A stretch of 49,460 nt of DNA. Origin: Patescibacteria group bacterium. Lineage in GTDB: Bacteria; Patescibacteriota; 4484-211. The DNA lies in assembly GCA_018824115.1 (NCBI GenBank), contig JAHJGY010000022.1, positions 1 to 49,460 of the forward strand, given 5' to 3'. Made by a program: the position numbers and the translations under genes. The notes under the pieces were generated by a model, which was not told the DNA's origin, did not search any database, and worked only from the letters and a program-made list of their open reading frames with translations. Below are positions 7,520 through 14,539 of this stretch, in pieces. Every line of letters starts with the position of its first letter. Positions within the stretch are counted from its first letter, which is position 1.

Positions 7520-9526
7520 ATGAAATTTCTCCGAGCTGTAACTGTCTTTTTTAATGTTTTTATTCTTCTGGTAAACCCTATCCTCATTTTAGCGGCGCCG
7601 CTCACAATTCACCCTAATAACCCTCGTTATTTTACCAATGACACCGGCCAGCCGATTTATATGACTGGTTCTCAGACTTGGTATAACATTCATCAAAATA
7701 CGACTATAGAAACCAATACAACAACATCTGAATATTTCGAAGAATATTTGGATTGGATGCAGTCTCATGGACATAATTTCACCCGCTTATGGACAGGGCT
7801 TAGCTACTTGGATAATCCACCCTTCCCCTGGAATCGCTCAGGGCCGGGTACTGCCAATGATGGCAACCCTCAGTTTGACATGCGCGCCTTTAACCAAAGT
7901 TATTTTGACGCCGTCAAGGAAAGGGTTTCTCAAATTCAATCTCGGGGAATGTACTGTTCGATTATGTTCTTTGGGTCGCACAATGGGTTGAAAAGTGATT
8001 TTATCAACACGGCTTGGCACCCCAATAATAATGTAAACGATGAATTAGATATTTTTGATAATGATGGCTACTTTTTTTTTACCACTGATCCAGAAGCCTT
8101 GGAAACCCAGCGGGCATTGGTTCGGAAATTTATAGACGAGTTGAATGATTTTGACAATCTTATTTGGGAGATTATGAATGAGCCTGGCGAGCAATCTGTG
8201 GAATGGCAGGAGGGAATGATTGAATATGTGAGATCGTACGAATTCAGCAAACCGAAACAGCATCTAATTGGGATGACCGGAGGCTGGAATCTTGGCGCCC
8301 AGATGCTCGAAAGTTCTGCCGAGTGGATTTCGCCAGATTGGGACTGGTACGTAGAAGGTCCAGGAGACTACCGTGAAGGCGGACCTGCCGATTTTTCCGA
8401 AAAGGTAATTATCAACGACACTGATCACCTTTGGGGTTGGTCAGAGCCCGAAAATGCTGAAGAGATGCGAAAATGGGTCTGGAAAACCTTCGCTCGAGGC
8501 AACAATTTGATTTTTATGGATTCGTATGATCATTATAGAGAAGATGTCGAGAACTACGGTGAGATTAACCATGATTGGGATTTGCTCAGGGATACAATGG
8601 GATATACAGTGGATTACTCTCAGAAATTTACTGACATGGCCGCTCTGATGCCTTCGGACAGTTCAACGGAATGTTCAACAACCTATTGTTTACAAAATCC
8701 AGGAATGGAGTATTTTGTGTATCAACCAAGTTCGGGAGAGTTCACAGTAAATCTCGAGCCTGGGAGTTACAATTACGAGTGGTTTAACCCTCAAGTGGGT
8801 AGTGTCTCGCAGACGGGATCGCGAAGTGTGAGTGGTGGAAATACCAGTTTTACGCCACCTTTTAGCGGTGATGCTGTACTCTATTTACAGGTTGTTGTTC
8901 TCACACCCTCTCCTGCATTAAGCCCTACTCCTCAGCCAACACCTGCGGGTGAAAAATTGACGGGGACAGTAATAGGGGTTTGTGAACCTTATGAGGGGAA
9001 TTCTGATACTAGCTACGGTGCAGCCGTGGACGGGAAAACGGAAACGTTTTCGGACTGCGTGGGTGATGAGATGTACGTGGGTTATGATTTTGGTGCAGGA
9101 AGCAATAAAATTATCAATAATATTCGTTATTGGCCTCGAGATGATTGGAATCAAAGAATGGTTGGGAGAACCTTCGAAGGATCACAGGATAATATTTCTT
9201 GGGTGACACTCTTCACAGTACAAACTGCTCCACCATATGACCAGTTTACAACTATTGCCATAGATGACAATACTCCTTTTCGGTTCGTTCGTTACAATGG
9301 TGCAGGTGGATATTTGAATGTCTCTGAAATTGAGTTCTATGGTATAGATGCTTCTTTAGACGGAGACTTAAATGGCAGCGGCACCGTTGACATCTTTGAC
9401 CTCGTTATTATCGGCAGTTGTTTTGGGCAGGAAGCAACTGGTGACTGCGCCCGCGCAGACGCCAACGGGGATGGAGAAGTGGATATTTTTGATTTGGTAA
9501 TTGTGGGTGGGAATTTTGGAGATTAG
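7520..9526 (+). CDS. secreted clan GH-A-like TIM-barrel glycosidase + discoidin/CBM32-like module + dockerin
   Basis: Start at ATG 7520 (MKFLRAVTVFFNVFILLV..., a signal). Motifs: IHPNNPRYFTNDTGQPIYMTGSQTW, acid/base-type WEIMNEPGE, and beta-sandwich FTVNLEPGSYNYEWFNP. A PT linker leads to an F5/8-type-C-like module (IRYWPRDDWNQRMVGRTFEGSQDNISW...FRFVRY) and the dockerin. Confidence 0.85.
   Translation: MKFLRAVTVFFNVFILLVNPILILAAPLTIHPNNPRYFTNDTGQPIYMTGSQTWYNIHQNTTIETNTTTSEYFEEYLDWMQSHGHNFTRLWTGLSYLDNPPFPWNRSGPGTANDGNPQFDMRAFNQSYFDAVKERVSQIQSRGMYCSIMFFGSHNGLKSDFINTAWHPNNNVNDELDIFDNDGYFFFTTDPEALETQRALVRKFIDELNDFDNLIWEIMNEPGEQSVEWQEGMIEYVRSYEFSKPKQHLIGMTGGWNLGAQMLESSAEWISPDWDWYVEGPGDYREGGPADFSEKVIINDTDHLWGWSEPENAEEMRKWVWKTFARGNNLIFMDSYDHYREDVENYGEINHDWDLLRDTMGYTVDYSQKFTDMAALMPSDSSTECSTTYCLQNPGMEYFVYQPSSGEFTVNLEPGSYNYEWFNPQVGSVSQTGSRSVSGGNTSFTPPFSGDAVLYLQVVVLTPSPALSPTPQPTPAGEKLTGTVIGVCEPYEGNSDTSYGAAVDGKTETFSDCVGDEMYVGYDFGAGSNKIINNIRYWPRDDWNQRMVGRTFEGSQDNISWVTLFTVQTAPPYDQFTTIAIDDNTPFRFVRYNGAGGYLNVSEIEFYGIDASLDGDLNGSGTVDIFDLVIIGSCFGQEATGDCARADANGDGEVDIFDLVIVGGNFGD
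9362..9523 (+). repeat. dockerin-module coding repeat, copy 3 of 5
   Basis: GDLNGSGTVDIFDLVIIGSCFGQEATGDCARADANGDGEVDIFDLVIVGGNFGD. Confidence 0.85.
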
Positions 9527-9621
9527 GTGCGGAGAAGGCCCTATCGAAAGCACAAAGCCTTGCTGGTTTGGCACGGATGGAAAGTTAACGGTAATCTACT
9601 GGTAATAGTGTTGCTCATCTT

Positions 9622-11700
9622 ATGCAGAAAAATATTAGTTATAAAATATCAATCCTTTTTTTAAGTATTGGAGTTTATCTAGGACAATTGTTAATTATGC
9701 CTCGAATAACTGTGGAAGCCGCTACCGACCTAAGAGTTGGTAGCAATGGCCGCTGGCTGGTAAAAAGGGACTCGAGTGAGCCCTTTTTTCTTATGACCGA
9801 TTCTGCCTGGCGGCTCCATGCGCTTTCCTCTGGCGAACAAGATACCTATTTTCAAAATAGACAAAGTAAAAAATTTAATGGCACCTATGTTGGATTAACA
9901 ACTTATTGGAATGATGTCGATGCAAGTAATGCAAATGGCGATCTTCCCTTTAATGATGATACTGATTGTCTTGATTGGAATTATGAATACTTTGAATTCT
10001 TTTCGGATATGGTAGAGAAAGCGGGCTCGTATGGCATTTACATTATTATTGAAATTGGAGAAGCGACTGACAGTCGAAGACCATTTTTTGTGGGTACTGG
10101 TAATATTTCAAAGGCAAAAGACTGGGGAAAAATGGTTGGAGAGTATTTTGGAAATCACGAAAATGCAATTTTTGCTCTAGGACAAGATAGGGATGCGGAT
10201 GAAGATGGTTTAGAGTTACACAGAGCAGTAGCAGAAGGTTTAGTAGAGGGTGTAACTGGTCGAGATATAAATTGGGACGAGTCGTCTTCTGCTTGGAACG
10301 AGGTTCTCTTAACATATCACCCTGCAGGGGGAATACTGAATTCGTCTGATTGGTTTCATAATGATCCATGGCTTGATTTTAATAGTATTGAGTTATATGG
10401 TGGGAGCAGGCAAGATGATATTTACCCAGAGATACAAAATGACTATAACAAATCTCCTACAAAACCTACGTGGGTGATTGAGGCAGCCTACGAGGATCGA
10501 GAATCCAGTGTCCCGGAAGATGATCCAAAGGTTGATGAGTATTGGATACGTTTTAGCGCATATCAGGGAGTTTTTGCCGGAGCATTTGGAACCAGCTATG
10601 GACATCATTATAACTACTATTTTCCTGATGATTGGAGAGACAAGCTCGACACGCCTGGGGCTTTGGACATGCCACATTTGTTCAATCTGATTAATAATAG
10701 TAATAGAAATTTTTCACTTCTTCAGCCTGACCAGAATGTTATTACCTCTTTGGTTGGGAGTGGATTTGAACGACGCGTGGCCGTAAGGGCCAGTAACGGA
10801 GCGTTTATATATGTGTATCTTCCCAGGGGAGGATCGGTTACGGTTGATATGACAAAAATATCAACCGGAGATGTTACTGCACAGTGGTACAATCCGCGCA
10901 ATGGTTCCTACTCAAGCATTGGAATGTATGCCAACAGTGGCACACGCTCGTTTTCTGCTGCAAGCAGTGGAAAGGGAAATGATTATGTTCTTGTGCTTAC
11001 TGGCGGCGAAACTTCAACACCTACTCCAACATCTACTCCCGCCTCAACACCAACGCCATTTCCAATTCCCACCCCATATGCAATTCCTGGAAGAGTTGAG
11101 GTAGAAAATTATAATGTGGGTGGGGAAGGACTTGCGTATCACGATACAACATCTGGCAATGAAGGTGGAGAATACAGGGATGAAGATGTGGATATTCAAA
11201 ATTGTGAGGATGAAGGTAGGGGTTATAACATTGGATGGATCAGGGAAGGCGAATGGCTTAAATATGATGTCGAAATTAGCGAGTCAGGGAATTATGAAGT
11301 GAGATTAAGAGTAGCTGGGGATACAGAAGTAAGCGGTTCTGTACATTTTGAGCTTGACGGAGAGAGGGTTACGGAGGATATTATAATTCCCAACACAGGT
11401 GGCTGGCAATCCTGGACGACAGTGAGTATAGATACAACACGAGAGCTTGTTTTAGGAAACCACACTCTAACCATTTATATGGGCGGAAATAGCTTTAATA
11501 TTAATTGGGTGGAGTTAGTTGGTTCGATAACCCCTGGCGACCTTAACAACGATGGCGTGGTTGACATCTTTGACCTGGTCATCATAGGCAGTTGTTTTGG
11601 GCAGGAAGCAGTCGGAGACTGCGCTCGCGCAGACGCCAACGGAAACGGAGTGGTGGATGTTTTTGATCTAGTGATAGTGGGAGGTAATTTTGGAGCGTAG
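9622..11700 (+). CDS. secreted DUF4038/GH140-like TIM-barrel glycosidase + CBM6-like module + dockerin
   Basis: N-terminal signal/anchor. EPFFLMTDSAWRLH and WVIEAAYE are typical of DUF4038-type barrels, and VTAQWYNPRNGSY of the accompanying beta-sandwich. After a PT linker comes a CBM6-like module (IPGRVEVENYNVGGEGLAYHD...TGGWQSWTTVS...FNINWVEL), then the dockerin. Confidence 0.85.
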   Translation: MQKNISYKISILFLSIGVYLGQLLIMPRITVEAATDLRVGSNGRWLVKRDSSEPFFLMTDSAWRLHALSSGEQDTYFQNRQSKKFNGTYVGLTTYWNDVDASNANGDLPFNDDTDCLDWNYEYFEFFSDMVEKAGSYGIYIIIEIGEATDSRRPFFVGTGNISKAKDWGKMVGEYFGNHENAIFALGQDRDADEDGLELHRAVAEGLVEGVTGRDINWDESSSAWNEVLLTYHPAGGILNSSDWFHNDPWLDFNSIELYGGSRQDDIYPEIQNDYNKSPTKPTWVIEAAYEDRESSVPEDDPKVDEYWIRFSAYQGVFAGAFGTSYGHHYNYYFPDDWRDKLDTPGALDMPHLFNLINNSNRNFSLLQPDQNVITSLVGSGFERRVAVRASNGAFIYVYLPRGGSVTVDMTKISTGDVTAQWYNPRNGSYSSIGMYANSGTRSFSAASSGKGNDYVLVLTGGETSTPTPTSTPASTPTPFPIPTPYAIPGRVEVENYNVGGEGLAYHDTTSGNEGGEYRDEDVDIQNCEDEGRGYNIGWIREGEWLKYDVEISESGNYEVRLRVAGDTEVSGSVHFELDGERVTEDIIIPNTGGWQSWTTVSIDTTRELVLGNHTLTIYMGGNSFNINWVELVGSITPGDLNNDGVVDIFDLVIIGSCFGQEAVGDCARADANGNGVVDVFDLVIVGGNFGA
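11536..11697 (+). repeat. dockerin-module coding repeat, copy 4 of 5
   Basis: GDLNNDGVVDIFDLVIIGSCFGQEAVGDCARADANGNGVVDVFDLVIVGGNFGA. Confidence 0.85.
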
Positions 11701-11718
11701 CTAGATTTGACTAAAAAT

Positions 11719-11838
11719 ATGCTTATGTTCAAGAAAAAGATAGTTTCCTGTTTGTTTTTAATCGCAATTATCATACTCGCTTTTGACTCTGCGCAGGTAA
11801 GTGTTAAAGGGCAAGATGACTATACGGTTATTGTTGAT
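11719..11838 (+). repeat. signal-peptide cassette, copy 2 of 2 (pairs with 5773..5892)
   Basis: Encodes MLMFKKKIVSCLFLIAIIILAFDSAQVSVKGQDDYTVIVD. Near-identical DNA to 5773..5892. Confidence 0.8.
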
Positions 11839-13848
11839 GCTAATGAGCCTGTCTCAAGAAACCAATCTTTGAAAGGGCAGGTTTTGCAGGCAAGTGATGC
11901 CAAGACTGGGTATATTCACATGGATCCTTCAGGGAAGGGATTTGTTTACGAAGGAGGGGCGAAATTTATTCCTGTTGGTCACAATGCGCACACTGTATAC
12001 AAAAGGGAATGGCAAGACGATCCAGTTACTGGCAGAGAATATATTTCTCGGTTAGGGGCACGCATTGAAAGAGATGGGTGTACGGATTGGTGTGGGGATG
12101 GGTGTTTACCCGAAACTGAAGGCTTAACCTATGACGAATGGTTTTCACAGTTGGAGGAATCGGGTGTCAACAGCCTGCGTTTGCACTTTAGTTCCAATGT
12201 TTGGCGGCCTGGTGTGCACCCTTTGCCAGTTGGTAAATACAACGTTATGGATGAGCAGGTTTGCGCCATGCTGGATGGCGCTAGAAGTAACGCCGATGGG
12301 TTCCAGGATAAACAGATTGACGGGGAAGACTTAATGATAAACTATCCGAGTTGCAGATGGCCAGATTTTTCCAATGAAAACTGCGGCCCCCTATACGGAC
12401 CCAAGCTACGCAAGAGTCTAATTACTCGAATGCTTGCATCTGCAGAAAGCCACAGCGTAAAGCTAAAAATTGTTTTTTTCGGAACAGATGGCTGGAGTGG
12501 TGACCCCTATGAAGATAATGGTAATTTTAATTGGAACAGCTGGGAAATCAATCCCTTTAACAGCGCTAATTGCCGACACGACGATCCCGGAAGATGCGGG
12601 CCTATTAGCAACAGGTTCGACTTTTGGACCAACGGAACTTGGAACTCGCCACTCTTTTCAGAAGAATCTGCCATAAATTATGCCAAAAGATATGTGGCGT
12701 TTATAATGCACGTTTGGGGAGACAGCACCGCTATTTGGGACTGGGAATTGTGGAACGAAATTAATTACGCCTCCATCTCCTACGGCCACGAGCAGGAAAT
12801 GGCCAATTGGGTAAACAACATGGCTGCTTATGTCAAATCAAATGATCTTCATCACCGCCCTGTTTCCATAAGTTCCTACAATCTTAGCACTAGCACGGAC
12901 AACCAGCAAAAAATGCAAGTATTTGCCTCACCAAACATTGATTACGTCCAATGGCACTACTACCCACGGGACGAAGATGCCAGTGTCCAATACGCCCTTC
13001 AGGCCACAAGAGATATGGAAGATATTTACAACAAGCCGGCTTTTATCGGAGAATTCTGGCCATGGACTGCCCAGATGGGTCCAATTGAACAAGATGTAAC
13101 TGGCATCTTTATTGAAGACAGCCAAAAGGACGATCCTCCCCACGAGGAATATCCATACCGTCCGAGTTTAGCCAGACTTTGGCTACAACTGATTTCTTCT
13201 GGGACTAGTGTTTCTCATCGTTGGCATGAACCAGGATTAACGGGAATTCGCTATTGGGAAGTTCATCGGCTTTATCAAGGCGTGGCCAAATTTATCAACG
13301 TTGTTTCTTGGGATAGTTGGAACTTAGCTAATTCAATTCCCTGGGAAGATTTTATTACTGGGGATATCGATTTTGTTGCTGGGCGGGGTGATGGAGATCA
13401 GATTTTTGCCATGATTCATGGTATAGGTGATTCTGTAAATGTAGAAATCAATAATCTTGATGATGGGACTTATGTTGTGAGATCTTTTGATTTTATTTCT
13501 GGAGAGGTGGCGGAAGTCTACAATGGTCAACAGACATTTGGGAGCACTTTGAGTCTCTCGTTTAGTTTATCTAACTCAACATTAGATGTCGGAAATGACG
13601 GGTATGACAGGAGGAGAGTAGGAATTTTTCTTATAGAAAAAGAGGACATGGGTGTTCCCACTCCCCTCCCCTCGGTTGAAGGAGACCTCAATAATGATGG
13701 TATCGTTGACATTTTCGATCTCGTTATTATCGGCAGTTGTTTTGGGCAGGAAGCAGTCGGAGACTGCGCTCGCGCGGACGCCAACGGAAACGGAGTGGTG
13801 GATGTTTTTGATTTGGTAATTGTGGGTAGTCATTTTGGTATTTGGTAA
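11719..13848 (+). CDS. secreted clan GH-A (GH5-like) glycosidase with C-terminal dockerin
   Basis: Start at ATG 11719, with the same signal peptide as the 5773 gene. Motifs: WELWNEINY (acid/base-type NE) and AFIGEFWPW (nucleophile-type E). C-terminal dockerin. Confidence 0.85.
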   Translation: MLMFKKKIVSCLFLIAIIILAFDSAQVSVKGQDDYTVIVDANEPVSRNQSLKGQVLQASDAKTGYIHMDPSGKGFVYEGGAKFIPVGHNAHTVYKREWQDDPVTGREYISRLGARIERDGCTDWCGDGCLPETEGLTYDEWFSQLEESGVNSLRLHFSSNVWRPGVHPLPVGKYNVMDEQVCAMLDGARSNADGFQDKQIDGEDLMINYPSCRWPDFSNENCGPLYGPKLRKSLITRMLASAESHSVKLKIVFFGTDGWSGDPYEDNGNFNWNSWEINPFNSANCRHDDPGRCGPISNRFDFWTNGTWNSPLFSEESAINYAKRYVAFIMHVWGDSTAIWDWELWNEINYASISYGHEQEMANWVNNMAAYVKSNDLHHRPVSISSYNLSTSTDNQQKMQVFASPNIDYVQWHYYPRDEDASVQYALQATRDMEDIYNKPAFIGEFWPWTAQMGPIEQDVTGIFIEDSQKDDPPHEEYPYRPSLARLWLQLISSGTSVSHRWHEPGLTGIRYWEVHRLYQGVAKFINVVSWDSWNLANSIPWEDFITGDIDFVAGRGDGDQIFAMIHGIGDSVNVEINNLDDGTYVVRSFDFISGEVAEVYNGQQTFGSTLSLSFSLSNSTLDVGNDGYDRRRVGIFLIEKEDMGVPTPLPSVEGDLNNDGIVDIFDLVIIGSCFGQEAVGDCARADANGNGVVDVFDLVIVGSHFGIW
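13681..13845 (+). repeat. dockerin-module coding repeat, copy 5 of 5
   Basis: GDLNNDGIVDIFDLVIIGSCFGQEAVGDCARADANGNGVVDVFDLVIVGSHFGIW. Confidence 0.85.
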
Positions 13849-13909
13849 TATTTAAATATAGGCATTAGGTGCGCAATTGGTATACGGACTTGACAAGGCC
13901 AGTCCGTGT

Positions 13910-13939
13910 TTGACATACTCTAACTGTAGCTTCTATATC
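13910..13939 (+). promoter_or_regulatory. putative promoter (TTGACA-N18-TATATC)
   Basis: TTGACA at 13910-13915 (a second TTGACA lies at 13890-13895), TATATC at 13934-13939, and ATG at 13943. Sequence match only. Confidence 0.3.
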
Positions 13940-13942
13940 GAG

Positions 13943-14209
13943 ATGGAGAATTTTGATCATAAAGAAAATTTTATGGAAGCGGGCACAAATTTCCCCAAAG
14001 TGTCCCCGAGTAGCAGGAAATTCCAGTTTTTATTAGCAGTTATTCTTTTGTTGTTAGTCTTTTTTTTCCCGATAAATGGTAGATCGCTGTTAGATAGATT
14101 AGTAGACTGGAAACAAGAAAGAGTGGTAAATTTGGTTCCAAACCCATCTTTTGAGGAGGGCCTTGATAACCAGCCAGCAGGATGGACAACCAAGAGTCGA
14201 AGTTTGTGA
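13943..14209 (+). CDS. small single-TM protein ending in an orphan NPSFE...GW jelly-roll strand (paralog A); possibly a gene relic
   Basis: The first ATG of ORF 13877..14209 gives 88 aa. TM helix LLAVILLLLVFFFPI, then ...VVNLVPNPSFEEGLDNQPAGWTTKSRSL and a stop. Paralogous to the next ORF. Confidence 0.4.
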   Translation: MENFDHKENFMEAGTNFPKVSPSSRKFQFLLAVILLLLVFFFPINGRSLLDRLVDWKQERVVNLVPNPSFEEGLDNQPAGWTTKSRSL

Positions 14210-14246
14210 GGGTACACAGGCCTTTGATGTTGGTTCAGTATTAAAT

Positions 14247-14537
14247 ATGGAAGGAATTATTCCAGAGGAACAACTGAAACAAGAGAGTCCATTAGAAAAT
14301 GAGGTTCATGATGATCTTGCCAAGTTGCTTTTTAGGAAGAGGTATATTTACATTATTGTTGCTATGGCAGTTCTTTTCTTGTTCTTCTTCCCTATCGGTG
14401 AAAAGTCACTGATAGAGCGATTAGCAGAATTGGGTAAGCAGAAGGCAGAGAATCTAGTTCCGAATCCGAGCTTTGAAAAAGGTTCGGGGGATGAGCCGGC
14501 TGGCTGGACGACGAAAAGTAAATATTCTTCCGAGTAA
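14247..14537 (+). CDS. small single-TM protein ending in an orphan NPSFE...GW jelly-roll strand (paralog B); possibly a gene relic
   Basis: An internal ATG of ORF 14151..14537 (MEGIIPEEQ...) gives 96 aa. TM helix IIVAMAVLFLFFFPI, then ...AENLVPNPSFEKGSGDEPAGWTTKSKYSSE. The TAA stop ends 2 nt before the scaffoldin ATG. Confidence 0.4.
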   Translation: MEGIIPEEQLKQESPLENEVHDDLAKLLFRKRYIYIIVAMAVLFLFFFPIGEKSLIERLAELGKQKAENLVPNPSFEKGSGDEPAGWTTKSKYSSE

Positions 14538-14539
14538 TC

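Noticed and set aside
7155-13784. Recurring - strand ORFs starting MASARAQ... (7155..7394, 11475..11774, 13527..13784) that look like a conserved small-protein family
   Set aside because: They are antisense reading frames of the near-identical dockerin-coding repeats. Their conservation is a by-product of the + strand repeat.
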